From assembly GCA_043798935.1 (NCBI GenBank), contig JAZDOC010000005.1, forward strand, positions 1 through 60,230: a stretch of 60,230 nucleotides of DNA, written 5' to 3'. The translations under genes were made by a program, and so were the position numbers. This stretch comes from Patescibacteria group bacterium (GTDB lineage: Bacteria; Patescibacteriota; Patescibacteriia; UBA9570; JAHJKD01). How positions within the stretch are numbered: position 1 is the stretch's first letter; each line of letters starts with the position of its first letter. Positions 10,634-20,900 of the stretch are shown here, piece after piece. A model generated the notes under the pieces. That model saw only the letters and a program-made list of their open reading frames with translations, ran no database searches and was not told where the DNA came from.

Positions 10634-11096
10634 GAAAAATTTAATTGATTTTTTAAAAAACGGACAATTATTTATTATTCCGATTTCGGTGTTAATTATA
10701 ACACAAATCACTAAGGTTTTACTAGAAAGCAAACACAAGAAGAAAATTAAGTTATCATATTTTGGCCATTATGGTGGCATGCCATCATCTCATACGGCTT
10801 TATTCATATCTCTAACCACAATAATTTTTTATAATTTAGGTTGGAAATCCCCTATTTTTGCGCTTTCTCTGATTATTTGCGCTATTATGATGCGTGATGC
10901 ACTAGGCATACGGCACCATTTAGGTAATCACGGATTAATATTGAAACAACTCATTAAAGAACACGAGGAAAGCGATCACACTCACATTAAGCATGATCAA
11001 ATTGTTACCCGTCTAGGTCATACCCCAATGCAAGTTTTTTTGGGTGCTATTTTTGGCTTTTTATTAACAACTCTTTTTTACCTACTCATTAACTAA
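10632..11096 (+). CDS. Divergent PAP2-family (DUF212, acid phosphatase/vanadium haloperoxidase-related) membrane protein
   Basis: YGGMPSSHTA and RDALGIR...GH motifs. The start is placed at MKNLIDF. Confidence 0.65.
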   Translation: MKNLIDFLKNGQLFIIPISVLIITQITKVLLESKHKKKIKLSYFGHYGGMPSSHTALFISLTTIIFYNLGWKSPIFALSLIICAIMMRDALGIRHHLGNHGLILKQLIKEHEESDHTHIKHDQIVTRLGHTPMQVFLGAIFGFLLTTLFYLLIN

Positions 11097-12275
11097 TAAT
11101 CGACCAATTTTTATAACTGGCCCATGACGACTCACTAAATCTTCAAGACTAGTAATTTTTACTTGGCCTTGTTTGGTATCGGCTTCCATAATTTTATTAT
11201 CTGGCATTAAAAGAGCAACATAATTTTCATCTAAAAATAAAATGTCATAGGGTTTGAGATTTTTATTGTTGTTATAAAATAAGCGATTATGATGTGATAA
11301 AAAAGCTTGCCAGTTATTTGGCGAACGAGCAAAATTTTTATTTTTAGGACTACTAATATAATTATCGGGATTAATAGCAAAATCGTCGGCCATTAATTGG
11401 CTTAAAAATAATCCTATATTATCAAACACTGTTACTATTACCTCGGAATTATTAATAAATCCAGTACGAAGTGGAATTTCTAAAAATTTTCCGTTCAATG
11501 GATCATAAAAAATACCGTCGGCCAAATTAATCTGTTGAGCGAGCTGAATGGAATTTAGTATTCCGTCGCCGTCGATATCTGAATCATTAATATTTTGCAT
11601 TCCATCACCATCAATATCTTCATCGTGTTTATTAATAATACCATTATGATTATAATCGCTATAATACATGGTTAGATCGTCGCTAAATAAATGAGCGTTT
11701 ATATAAACAAGAGCTGTTAAAAATGCGATCAAAAAAATAATTAAAAAATAATAAATTTTTTTTCTTAATTTAATACTGGAAATAAAATGTTTACTAAAAA
11801 TACTAATAACTGCCGAAAAAAACAGCGCTTCCATGAAAAAATTTATAGTGAAAAAATAACCGCTGATAAAGCTATTTTCGATAATATTCAAGCTGGCAAT
11901 ACCGTAAAGATTATGATTAATCGGATAAAGCCACATAATTCCATTACCCACTGAATCGGCAAGTAAGTGTGTGAGTAAACCACCAAAAAAAAGAATATTT
12001 GCTTTAACTAAATTTCTTTTTTTTGTTATGGCAAATATTAAAAATAAAATCAGAAAAATAATAGCGTAAATAAAAAAGCTGTGCGTAGGCATTTCCCGAT
12101 GCGAAATTTGGGCGGAAAATAAATAATAATAAAACAAATCAATATCTGGAAAAAGAGAACCGATAATCGCGATTAAATAAAAAATATGAATCCACTGACG
12201 CGATAATTTTTTTTGCCAACTATTTTTAAATAAATAAGCAAAAACAAAACCGGCCGGAGCATGCGCAAAAATCAT
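11082..12275 (-). CDS. YdjM/DUF457-like membrane-bound metal-dependent hydrolase fused to an extracytoplasmic domain with thrombospondin type-3-like Ca-binding repeats
   Basis: N-terminal polytopic region with an LTHLLADS motif, plus DEDIDGDGMQNINDSDIDGDGILNS repeats. Confidence 0.5.
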   Translation of the reverse strand: MIFAHAPAGFVFAYLFKNSWQKKLSRQWIHIFYLIAIIGSLFPDIDLFYYYLFSAQISHREMPTHSFFIYAIIFLILFLIFAITKKRNLVKANILFFGGLLTHLLADSVGNGIMWLYPINHNLYGIASLNIIENSFISGYFFTINFFMEALFFSAVISIFSKHFISSIKLRKKIYYFLIIFLIAFLTALVYINAHLFSDDLTMYYSDYNHNGIINKHDEDIDGDGMQNINDSDIDGDGILNSIQLAQQINLADGIFYDPLNGKFLEIPLRTGFINNSEVIVTVFDNIGLFLSQLMADDFAINPDNYISSPKNKNFARSPNNWQAFLSHHNRLFYNNNKNLKPYDILFLDENYVALLMPDNKIMEADTKQGQVKITSLEDLVSRHGPVIKIGRLLVNE

Positions 12276-12283
12276 AATTTACT

Positions 12284-14266
12284 TTATAAACTTAAACTGC
12301 TAATTTCTTCCCAAGTATTTTCGTTAAGAACTGTTATTTTATCCGAAGCCACCAGATATAAATAATCATTAATATATACAGCCCGTTTAATATTATAACC
12401 GGAAACAGCTTTTTTAAGCTCTAATTTATTATTAGCATAAGAGAAAATATATGCACCATTGTTTCCGGGAATAAAAAATATTTCATGATCAGTGTCTTGT
12501 AAAAAAGCATGGTGATTATTACTTATATCTGTCCAATATTCTTTTAATGAATACTTTGCTTGTTCTACCGGAGTGGATGGGTTGCTAACATTAAATAACG
12601 ATAGTTTAACCTGATTATCTTCTTCACCCACACCCAAAATAATATCTTTATCTAGTTGATGCAAGTATGAAGAATAGCCCGGAATTTTAAGCTCTCCGGT
12701 TTTACTGGGATTATTAGGATCACTTAAATCAAACACGTAAAAAGGATCGGTTTGTTTAAATGTCACCAGGTAGCCTTTATCGTTAATGAACCGGGCGGAA
12801 TAAATTCTTTCACCGACACCGAGATCTTTGACCTCGCCAGAGGTTTTTAAATTGCTATCTAAAACGTACAAATCATTTATTGTCGAATCGTTTATGCCAA
12901 AACCAAAAAACCAATTACGTTCGCCAATGGTGGTAGCTACTCGCAAATGATTGTTGTATTCATCGAGTGAAAATTGATTTAATAAAACTCCTGGTACATC
13001 GCCAGTTGCTTTTATATTTAATGATTCGCGATCAATTCTAGTGATTACAGTTTTTTCATAATTCCTTAAATTTTCTTTGTAATAATCGGAAAATAAATTC
13101 GATGAATTATTTTGAATTTCTAAAGCTTCATTAGTAGTAAAACCAGAATAATATCGATCTAAAATATAGCTTAATTCACTAAACTTAGTTTGAGTAGATA
13201 AATCGTAGCTATTTAGATTGTCTAATTTTTTTATTGTTTCATCGTTTAATAATGCTTTACCCGTAGAATTGTAAAAATCATATAAAAAAGTAAAAGTATC
13301 ACCCGGATCTACATAACTTACATAAATATTTTCCGGCGACATATAAATAACCGAGCTGTCGTACGACCCGACAAATGAAATGTTTTTTATAACCTCGCCG
13401 GTTTTGCTGTTTATGGCCATAACCGTAAATGTGGAATCTATGGGTAAATTATTTATCGGACGATAAATATCAATGCATTTTATATCGAGCGCATTATTAT
13501 CCAATATAATCGGCTGTAAAGGACATGGCAAAGATGAATTAATATAAGTTCGGGAAACTAAATATAAGGTGTCATTATAAAGACGAGCTGTTTCATAACT
13601 GGTGTTTTCGCCATAATTTAATGTCCAGCTTTTTTTTGATTCAGCCGGATCAGAAATGTCGTATGCTTGAGCTTTATCATAATTAAACACTATTAAGGTG
13701 TCATTAGAAATTAGTAGTTGTCCATTAGCATCGACAGAATTTAAAAGTTCCATTTTTTCAGCCGGCAAAGCTTTGATAATATCAGTTTTAGCTTGCGAAG
13801 TTTTATATTCAGGCATATCGGAAACTGCACCATCAACGCTTATTCTTTCGGCCATTAAATAATAAATTTCTTCGGGTGAAAAATAAATATTTTCGCCATC
13901 GGTTTTAATGATATCTGGTTCGTCTATACCTGATACTTGAACATTAGTTTCGGAAGTGCGATCCACACTGAATGATGTTGCTCCTTGAATTCCTTCACCA
14001 TTTGCGCTACCTAATGAAACGTCCATTTCAGCGACCGCGACCATAGGCATAGCCGATTTAACGCCATAACCGGAATTAATTGATTCGCTTTGCGCTAAAT
14101 AATTTTTAAAATCTTGTTCATCGCTAAATTGAGTAAACCCTTGAGAGATCTTTTTTAAACCAGGTATTATCTGGGATATTTCATTATTTTGGTATAAAAA
14201 CCAAAATAATACAGCTACTACCAATAAAAAAATAACTAGTATTAGCCATTTTATTTTATTAAACAT
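12284..14266 (-). CDS. Secreted protein with a C-terminal beta-propeller domain (COG4880/PF09826-like)
   Basis: N-terminal TM/signal. LNQFSLDEYNNHLRVATT and YSARFINDKGYLVTFKQTDPFYVFDLSDP are typical of this family. Confidence 0.6.
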   Translation of the reverse strand: MFNKIKWLILVIFLLVVAVLFWFLYQNNEISQIIPGLKKISQGFTQFSDEQDFKNYLAQSESINSGYGVKSAMPMVAVAEMDVSLGSANGEGIQGATSFSVDRTSETNVQVSGIDEPDIIKTDGENIYFSPEEIYYLMAERISVDGAVSDMPEYKTSQAKTDIIKALPAEKMELLNSVDANGQLLISNDTLIVFNYDKAQAYDISDPAESKKSWTLNYGENTSYETARLYNDTLYLVSRTYINSSLPCPLQPIILDNNALDIKCIDIYRPINNLPIDSTFTVMAINSKTGEVIKNISFVGSYDSSVIYMSPENIYVSYVDPGDTFTFLYDFYNSTGKALLNDETIKKLDNLNSYDLSTQTKFSELSYILDRYYSGFTTNEALEIQNNSSNLFSDYYKENLRNYEKTVITRIDRESLNIKATGDVPGVLLNQFSLDEYNNHLRVATTIGERNWFFGFGINDSTINDLYVLDSNLKTSGEVKDLGVGERIYSARFINDKGYLVTFKQTDPFYVFDLSDPNNPSKTGELKIPGYSSYLHQLDKDIILGVGEEDNQVKLSLFNVSNPSTPVEQAKYSLKEYWTDISNNHHAFLQDTDHEIFFIPGNNGAYIFSYANNKLELKKAVSGYNIKRAVYINDYLYLVASDKITVLNENTWEEISSLSL

Positions 14267-14343
14267 TTATTTATTATTATAAATTAATTCAAACTTTAGC
14301 ATACTAAATTTTTATCTATTTGTAAATTATTTTAGGCAAATTT

Positions 14344-14368
14344 AAAACCCCTTGTTTTCAGGGGTTTT
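14344..14368. terminator. Bidirectional stem-loop terminator
   Basis: AAAACCCCT-TGTTTTC-AGGGGTTTT: a perfect 9-bp stem with A/T runs on both sides. Confidence 0.6.
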
Positions 14369-14423
14369 AAATAACTTATTTTATGAGTGTCACTAATTTA
14401 TACGCAATTAATTTTAATTTATT

Positions 14424-15146
14424 TCAACGATGTTTACATTCATTTAAACAATTTTTTTGTTTCTGATACCATGGCATTATTATTATAGCTTTAAAACTAT
14501 GTTCATCTTCTATTTCACCCAGTAAACGAACATATTCCCCTTTCATAATTAGATTATTAGGCTTAATAATTGTATCCGGATAAACTTTAATCAGCCAATT
14601 TTCTTCATTCCAATCATTTAAAATGAAATACGGGTTTTTAATGTCAATTATTTTTCCTCCTAAAATACCTAATTCCGGTTGCGACCAGTTTTTCTTTGGC
14701 ACCATTACCACATAATGATAGCTTTCTTGCTGTTCTAATTTTGCTTCAACTAACTCGCCCACTCCGGCAAAATAAAATATTCCACTTAATATTAAAGTTA
14801 ATGACATTATACCACTAACAAAATAAATAAAATTAATTTTATAACCACTTTTAGTATGGCAAAATTCATAATATGTAAAAATGGCTAAGCCTAAACATAA
14901 TAGCAACCAAAAATACGGCACTGTTTTTAACAGCATTAAATAATCATGTGACTTTTGAAACAAAAGTGAAACTTGTTGTTGATAAATAATTTCCCAATTT
15001 ACGGCCATTAATAAACCAATGATTAATAAACAAATTACTATAAACAACCAGATTAATATTTCTTTAATCGTAAAATTCCATTTGGGCTTGGGCTTAATGG
15101 CTTGTTCTTTAATGGCTTGAGAAATTTTATCGGCTAAATTATTCAT
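14424..15146 (-). CDS. Membrane protein, putative anti-sigma factor
   Basis: Overlaps the ECF sigma gene by 8 nt and has several TM helices. Assigned by position only. Confidence 0.4.
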   Translation of the reverse strand: MNNLADKISQAIKEQAIKPKPKWNFTIKEILIWLFIVICLLIIGLLMAVNWEIIYQQQVSLLFQKSHDYLMLLKTVPYFWLLLCLGLAIFTYYEFCHTKSGYKINFIYFVSGIMSLTLILSGIFYFAGVGELVEAKLEQQESYHYVVMVPKKNWSQPELGILGGKIIDIKNPYFILNDWNEENWLIKVYPDTIIKPNNLIMKGEYVRLLGEIEDEHSFKAIIIMPWYQKQKNCLNECKHR

Positions 15147-15711
15147 TTTTATTGTTCACTAATATTTTTTTTAATTTATCTTTTCCGCGACTGATTAATA
15201 CCCCAACAGTATTTAAAGGTTTTTTAATAATATCGCTTATTTCTTCATAACTATATTCGTGTAAATACTTTAATTGCAACACTTCTCGATATTTAATATC
15301 TATTTCTTGCAACGCTTTATTTACTTGCTTTGCAATTTGATCGGAGTCTATTCTTTTATCTAAATTAACTTCAGCAAGTATGGTATTGATTATCCCGCTA
15401 TTATCCAAACTAACATTTTGCCAGCGCTTGCTGTGTTTACGCCAATAAGAAATCGTTTCATTATGAGCAATCGAAAAAAGCCAGGTCGAAAACTTTTTCT
15501 CGGGATCGAAATCATTCAAATTTATATAGGCTTTTAGAAAAATCTCCTGCGCCACATCTTCAGCTTCCTCCCGCCCCATGCCTGATATTTTTATAATAAA
15601 ATTTATTATTTTGGGCTCGTATTTTTTTACCAAAAAAGTGTAGTTGTCTGAATTGGCTAAAGCTGATTTGACCGCAGAAAGATCATCTAACCGACCGTTA
15701 TCATCTGCCAT
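15139..15711 (-). CDS. ECF-type RNA polymerase sigma-70 factor
   Basis: Region 2 (AQEIFLKAY..., FSTWLFSIAHN) and region 4 (EVLQLKYLHEYSYEEISDII) are recognisable. Confidence 0.85.
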   Translation of the reverse strand: MADDNGRLDDLSAVKSALANSDNYTFLVKKYEPKIINFIIKISGMGREEAEDVAQEIFLKAYINLNDFDPEKKFSTWLFSIAHNETISYWRKHSKRWQNVSLDNSGIINTILAEVNLDKRIDSDQIAKQVNKALQEIDIKYREVLQLKYLHEYSYEEISDIIKKPLNTVGVLISRGKDKLKKILVNNKNE

Positions 15712-15830
15712 ATAAATATATACGATTTAAAACTGATTATTATTTCAAACGTATTGTAATACATTTAAATTAATTTGCCAAAAATCATAATTTATCGCAT
15801 AATGTTTATACTTAATTAATTATAAAAAAT

Positions 15831-16784
15831 ATGCAATTATCAAACGATCGTGTTACATCCATAAAAGATGCTTTCATGCATTTATTATCGATTATTATGC
15901 TGTATGCCGGGGCTATCAGTTTTTTAGTCTTAGTTTTTCAAATCACAAACATTAAATTTCCCGACATTCTAGACTTTAATGGCTATAATTCTTATGCTCT
16001 GGAAAACTGTATTTCATTAATCCGCGGTGCCCTGGCATTTTTAATTGTTACTTATCCGGTTTATATTGTTAGTTTTTATTTTTTAAAGAAAAGTTATGAG
16101 GCCAGCCCGGAAAAAAAGCAATTTGTATTACGAAAATTTTTAGTTTATTTTACTTTATTTATTGCAGCTTTAATTATTGTTGGTAATTTAATTGCCTTGC
16201 TAGCCGGTTTTTTATACGGAGAGCTTACCTTGCGTTTTATTCTTAAAATTCTTTCTATCTTTTTTGTGGCTGGTAGCACTTTTGGCTACTATATTTATGA
16301 TCTTAAAGACAAACATGAAAAAACATTACGCTATGTAGCTATTATGGTATCTTTAGTAGTATTGGTATTTATTATATTAGGATTTTTCTTTATCGGATCA
16401 CCGTTTAACCAGCGCCTACGCCGAATTGACACTGAAAAAAGATCGAGTTTGGAAAACATCAGCTACAATATCGATTCTTATATGTATGAAAAGAAAGCCC
16501 TACCTGAAAGCTTAGAAATTATAAAAAATAAATATAATACCAATATTACTGATCCACAAACTCAAAAAGAATATACTTATGAAGTTATTGATAAGGATAA
16601 TTACAAGTTATGCGCCGAGTTCAATTTACCAAGTATTAGCAAAGAATACACGGACAAATATTCATTACCGGCTTCGCAGGATATTTGGGAACACGACAAA
16701 GGCACTGTTTGTTTTACCAAGCAAGTCAATATTGATCCGGCTTTCATGAAAGAAGGGTTAGAAACCGCGCCGATTATTAATTAA
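15831..16784 (+). CDS. DUF5671-like polytopic membrane protein
   Basis: Six predicted TM helices plus a C-terminal globular part (PQTQKEYTYEVIDKDNYKLCAEF), as in Patescibacteria DUF5671 proteins. Confidence 0.45.
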   Translation: MQLSNDRVTSIKDAFMHLLSIIMLYAGAISFLVLVFQITNIKFPDILDFNGYNSYALENCISLIRGALAFLIVTYPVYIVSFYFLKKSYEASPEKKQFVLRKFLVYFTLFIAALIIVGNLIALLAGFLYGELTLRFILKILSIFFVAGSTFGYYIYDLKDKHEKTLRYVAIMVSLVVLVFIILGFFFIGSPFNQRLRRIDTEKRSSLENISYNIDSYMYEKKALPESLEIIKNKYNTNITDPQTQKEYTYEVIDKDNYKLCAEFNLPSISKEYTDKYSLPASQDIWEHDKGTVCFTKQVNIDPAFMKEGLETAPIIN

Positions 16785-17791
16785 TTTTTCTTGGCACCGG
16801 CCAGTTGGCCACAAGCACCGGCGATGTCGTCTCCGAATTCAAACCGTTGAGTAACCGTAATTTTATTTTGTTCTAATATTCTTTTGAAAATATTAATTTT
16901 TTCGCTCTTGGCTGATTTAAAAACTCTGGTATTATTATAATTAATCAAATTCACAAAAAATAATTTTGGTAAATTATCATTTAATAAAGCCGCCAATTCC
17001 AAGGCGTTTTCTTCTTCATCGTTAATACCATCGAGAATAATATATTCAATCATAACGCGACGCTTAGTTTGCGCAATATAATTATAAAGCGCCGGCATTA
17101 ATTTGCTTAATGGATAGCTTTTATTAATCGGCATGTATTCACTCCGCAGGCCATCATTTGAAAAATGTAAAGAAAGAGCTAAATTTAATTGCAATTTTTC
17201 TCGGGTTAAAGCTTTAATTCCCGGCACTACGCCACAAGTGGAAATAGATATATGCCGAGCACCGATATTGAATTTTTTTTCATCGTTTAACATCCGAACG
17301 GCTATTAGGACGGCATCATAATTTAAAAAAGGCTCGCCCATTCCCATGAACACAACGCCATTAACATGGCTATTTTTTGATTTTAAATAACGACTAAAAT
17401 ATATTACTTGTTCTAAAATTTCATAAGCACTTAAATTTCTAATAAACCCATGGCGACCGGTGGCACAAAATTTACAACCCATGGAACAACCGACTTGTGA
17501 AGAAACGCAAACCGTATTTCGACCATCTTTGTGTTGCATTAAGACGGTTTCAATTTTAGCGCCATCAGATAGTTCAATTAAAGCTTTCATGCTTTTACTA
17601 TGTTCGGATTTTTGAATTTCGGCATTAATGGTTAATGGGCATTCTTGTTCCAATTCTTCTCTTAACTCTTTGGGTAAATTAGTTGCTTCAGACCATGAAC
17701 TAATATTATTAAAATAAATAGCTTCCTCTACTTGTTTGTATCGATAGTTGGGCAAATTATGTAAAACTTTTTTTATATTCGTTAAATCCAT
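16781..17791 (-). CDS. rlmN: 23S rRNA/tRNA adenine-C2 methyltransferase, radical SAM
   Basis: CVSSQVGCSMGCKFCATG radical-SAM cluster, GMGEP, and a C-terminal GACGQL. Confidence 0.9.
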   Translation of the reverse strand: MDLTNIKKVLHNLPNYRYKQVEEAIYFNNISSWSEATNLPKELREELEQECPLTINAEIQKSEHSKSMKALIELSDGAKIETVLMQHKDGRNTVCVSSQVGCSMGCKFCATGRHGFIRNLSAYEILEQVIYFSRYLKSKNSHVNGVVFMGMGEPFLNYDAVLIAVRMLNDEKKFNIGARHISISTCGVVPGIKALTREKLQLNLALSLHFSNDGLRSEYMPINKSYPLSKLMPALYNYIAQTKRRVMIEYIILDGINDEEENALELAALLNDNLPKLFFVNLINYNNTRVFKSAKSEKINIFKRILEQNKITVTQRFEFGDDIAGACGQLAGAKKN

Positions 17792-17837
17792 AAAACTTGA
17801 TTATTAATAAATGAGAAATAAATTCTAATGAATTTTT

Positions 17838-17911
17838 TGGAGCGGGATACGGGAGTCGAACCCGTCTCTCATCCTTGGGAAGGATATATAATACCGATAT
17901 ATTAATCCCGC
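17838..17911 (-). tRNA. tRNA-Gly (anticodon CCC)
   Basis: Minus strand: GCGGGAT...TATCC-TTCCCAA-GGATG...GGGTTCGACTCCCGTATCCCGCTCCA. The cloverleaf was folded by eye. CCA is encoded. Confidence 0.8.
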
Positions 17912-17924
17912 AAAATGTCTGAAT

Positions 17925-18000
17925 TGGTCGGGGTGGGCGGACTTGAACCGCCGATCTCATCGTCCCGAACGATGCGCCTTAGCCACTAGGCCACACCCCG
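17925..18000 (-). tRNA. tRNA-Pro (anticodon CGG)
   Basis: CGGGGTG TG GCCT AGTGGCTA AGGC G CATCG TTCGGGA CGATG AGATC GGCGG TTCAAGT CCGCC CACCCCG A CCA. Confidence 0.9.
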
Positions 18001-18055
18001 ATAATACTGCATTATATTAAGCTATTTTACTGTAAAAAGCAAGACTTAAAATTTA

Positions 18056-19234
18056 CTAGTATTTAACTCTGATTATTTCACATTGAGCTACACAATCATT
18101 AACGATTCCATCTATGTCCAAGTCTTTTTCAATGGCTTGAATTTCGTGCATTTTAGCTTTGGTTTCCGGGTGCTTTGGCATAAAAACCACACAACAATCA
18201 TCATGCGGTTGTATTGAAGTTTCATAAGTACCAATAGCCTGGGCTTTAGAAATGATTTCTTTTTTATCAAAACCAATCAGAGGTCTTAAAATTAATAAAT
18301 TTACAGCTTCTTGTACAACAGACATATTGCTTACTGTTTGGGAAGCTACCTGACCGAGTGCCTCGCCGGTCACTAATACTTCAGCACTAACTAAGGCAGA
18401 AATTTTTTCAGCCACGCGCATCATAAAACGACGATAAAGAATAATACGTAATTTATCGGGGGAAATGGCAAAAATCTTTTTTTGCGCATTAATAAACGGA
18501 CATAAATATAATTCCATGTCAGGACAATATGAATTAATTATACTCGCTAATTCCTTAACTTTATAAATTGATTCTTTACCCGTGTGCGGGTAAGAGTGAA
18601 AATGCACACATGATAAGCTTAATCCCCTTTTAGCAGCATAATAGGCAGACACAGGCGAATCTATGCCCCCAGAGAGTAGACAGACAGCTCGCCCACTACT
18701 GCCAACAGGCAACCCTCCGGCACCGGCAATCTTTTCCGTATATAAATAAGCTTTTTTATCTACCAGTTCAATATAACAAGTTAACTCCGAATCTTTTAAT
18801 TTAACAGCTTTATGAAGCGTTTCATAAATAGCTTCACCAACTTTAATATTTACTTCCAGAGAGGTTAGGGGAAAATTTTTATCTGAGCGACAAGTTGTGA
18901 CTCGAAAATTTTCATATTTTTCGCTAGCAACCAATTCTAAAGCTGTCTGAATAATAACTTCAATATTTTGTTTAACGCAAACGGCTAAAGAAATATTTGC
19001 TAATCCAAAAACCCGAGTAAGTATTTTTTTAGCTTGTTCAATTTCCGTGTCAAAAAACTCTGTTATTTCAATAATGATACGACCATAAACTCTCTTTACC
19101 TTGAAGTTGCTCGATGACAAATTTTTCGCCAACTGACGATGAATATTATCTATCAGTTGCCGTTCAAAATTAATACGATTTTGGCCTTTGGTACCAATCT
19201 CGTCGTAATGGCAAATAATGCAATTATATTTCAT
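18056..19234 (-). CDS. thiI: tRNA 4-thiouridine synthase (tRNA sulfurtransferase)
   Basis: THUMP-like N-terminal domain plus the PP-loop SGGIDSPV. Confidence 0.9.
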   Translation of the reverse strand: MKYNCIICHYDEIGTKGQNRINFERQLIDNIHRQLAKNLSSSNFKVKRVYGRIIIEITEFFDTEIEQAKKILTRVFGLANISLAVCVKQNIEVIIQTALELVASEKYENFRVTTCRSDKNFPLTSLEVNIKVGEAIYETLHKAVKLKDSELTCYIELVDKKAYLYTEKIAGAGGLPVGSSGRAVCLLSGGIDSPVSAYYAAKRGLSLSCVHFHSYPHTGKESIYKVKELASIINSYCPDMELYLCPFINAQKKIFAISPDKLRIILYRRFMMRVAEKISALVSAEVLVTGEALGQVASQTVSNMSVVQEAVNLLILRPLIGFDKKEIISKAQAIGTYETSIQPHDDCCVVFMPKHPETKAKMHEIQAIEKDLDIDGIVNDCVAQCEIIRVKY

Positions 19235-19249
19235 GAATAATATATTTTT

Positions 19250-19894
19250 TTATGGTGTTCCGCCAAGACATACTAATGGTGAACCTCCATATAACCAACG
19301 ACGATTTCCTCCAGTATATCCGGAAGCATAATTACATAAATATGGTTGTTGCCCAACTTCGTAATAATTTCCTTTTCCGACTATTGTCCAGCTATCAAAA
19401 CCTAAATCATCAGAAGCATAATGATAATTCGACGGACTTTCCATGGCAACCATCAAGCCATAAGTTTGAAAATCATCTCCAGAATTAGCATCATAATATA
19501 GAAGATAATTTATACTTCCAACCAATTTGTTGATTGGGTCAACTGGTAATAATTCAATGTATGGATAAAGCTTAGAAGCTAATGAAATAGGATTAGTTAA
19601 ATCGCTCCAAGTTCCATAATTACTCGAATAAGTTCCACTTAGATCCGATGCGGGATACTTGCCATTATCTTGATAATATAAAGCCAATGCATTTTGAATA
19701 GCTTCGACGCTTGACAATCGCTGAGCATCCCGAGCTTTGACCGTGTAACTACTATATTCGACAATGCTTAAAGTAATTAATAAAGCAATAATCGAAACAA
19801 CAATCAATAGTTCAATAATAGTAAAACCATTTTTTTTATTTTGAGCTGAATTATTAGTCTGCTCTGGACAATTGTTTTTTATATTTTTCTTCAT
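19250..19894 (-). CDS. Prepilin-type N-terminal cleavage/methylation domain protein (pseudopilin/type IV pilin-like)
   Basis: KNGFTIIELLIVVSIIALL class III signal. Confidence 0.75.
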   Translation of the reverse strand: MKKNIKNNCPEQTNNSAQNKKNGFTIIELLIVVSIIALLITLSIVEYSSYTVKARDAQRLSSVEAIQNALALYYQDNGKYPASDLSGTYSSNYGTWSDLTNPISLASKLYPYIELLPVDPINKLVGSINYLLYYDANSGDDFQTYGLMVAMESPSNYHYASDDLGFDSWTIVGKGNYYEVGQQPYLCNYASGYTGGNRRWLYGGSPLVCLGGTP

Positions 19895-20900
19895 AAATAT
19901 CCCACATACTTAATAAAAAAGCTGTAATAACCGGGCCGATTACAACTCCGGTAATACCAAATGTTAATAAACCTCCTAATGTGGCAAAAAAGATAAACAA
20001 CGGATGCATCTGGGCATCTTTTCCCACGAGTGGTGGACGCAAAATATTATCAATAAAAGAAGCTGCAAGCATAAAAATAACTACTATTACAGCCGGCCAA
20101 AAATTACCTAGAATAAATAATATTAAAGCGGCCGGACCCAAAACTATAGCCGCGCCTAAATTAGGAATAATGCAGATCATTACCATAATCATTCCCCAAA
20201 AAGCACTACCCGGCACATTAGCAATAAACAAGGCCATGCCACCCAGTAAACCCTGGATTAAACCAATTAAAAGCGTGCCTTTCAATGTGGCGCGGGAAGT
20301 GGAAACAAACCGCTGGAATAATATTTTTTCATATCTATCGCCCAGTGGCAAAAGAAACATGGCTTTTTTTAAAATTAAATTTCCATCGCGTAAAAAGAAA
20401 AATAATGTATAAAGCATTATGAAAAATTGCACTAAAAATTTTACTGTTCCTTGCCCACTAGTGACAACAACCTGATATACAAAACCGCTAATATCGACAC
20501 TCCAGGAAACTAATTTAGATTTAATATCAATGTTACCAAAAATATTTTTAATGGGCTCCCACTGCATATATGTCTGAATACTATCGGCTAGATTATTAAA
20601 CGTCTCAGCATTGCCAAATTTTTCGTAAATATCTATGGTTTGTTTTACGACAAGAGACGCAATGCCGGCTAGTGGAATTAATAAAATCAGAATAATTAAC
20701 AATAATGTAATATAAGCGGCTAAAGATTTGCGATGATTGAACTTTTTTAGAAAAAATTCGTAAACTGGATAAAACAAAACCGCAATCACGGCTGCCCAAA
20801 AAATAGCATAAATATATGGGCTAAGAACCCATAAAAATAGAATGCTAACTCCGATTAGAATACCAATGAAAGAATAGGATTGAATTTTTTTATATTCCAT
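19854..20900 (-). CDS. AI-2E family (PerM/UPF0118) transporter
   Basis: 348-aa polytopic protein with a typical family C-terminal region (PLFIFFATLGGLLTFGITGVVIGPV). Confidence 0.8.
   Translation of the reverse strand: MEYKKIQSYSFIGILIGVSILFLWVLSPYIYAIFWAAVIAVLFYPVYEFFLKKFNHRKSLAAYITLLLIILILLIPLAGIASLVVKQTIDIYEKFGNAETFNNLADSIQTYMQWEPIKNIFGNIDIKSKLVSWSVDISGFVYQVVVTSGQGTVKFLVQFFIMLYTLFFFLRDGNLILKKAMFLLPLGDRYEKILFQRFVSTSRATLKGTLLIGLIQGLLGGMALFIANVPGSAFWGMIMVMICIIPNLGAAIVLGPAALILFILGNFWPAVIVVIFMLAASFIDNILRPPLVGKDAQMHPLFIFFATLGGLLTFGITGVVIGPVITAFLLSMWDIYEEKYKKQLSRAD

Noticed and set aside
9860-10738. Long 5' extensions proposed by the ORF track for uppP (to 10738), the DUF2779 gene (to 29134), rpsB (to 46225), lepB (from 46391), rpmE (from 47041) and the response regulator (to 38509).
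   Set aside because: Family-typical N-termini begin at internal Met codons. Several of the extensions start at TTG or overlap neighbouring genes or promoters.
15712-15830. Possible ECF-type autoregulated promoter (GAAAT-17-CGTA) upstream of the sigma factor gene.
   Set aside because: The match to the AAC/CGT ECF consensus is weak and easily arises by chance in this AT-rich spacer.
17757-17960. 67-aa ORF spanning the rlmN start region and two tRNA genes.
   Set aside because: It overlaps tRNA-Gly and tRNA-Pro, which both fold into clean cloverleaves. The ORF is an artefact of GC-rich tRNA sequence.
19981-20412. 143-aa plus-strand ORF antisense to the AI-2E transporter gene. Similar long antisense ORFs lie at 47414-47845, 33295-33690, 40971-41336, 41766-42116 and 59710-60045.
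   Set aside because: Each lies entirely inside a well-supported gene on the opposite strand. Each has low-complexity or odd composition and no recognisable motifs. These are typical shadow ORFs of biased-composition coding DNA.
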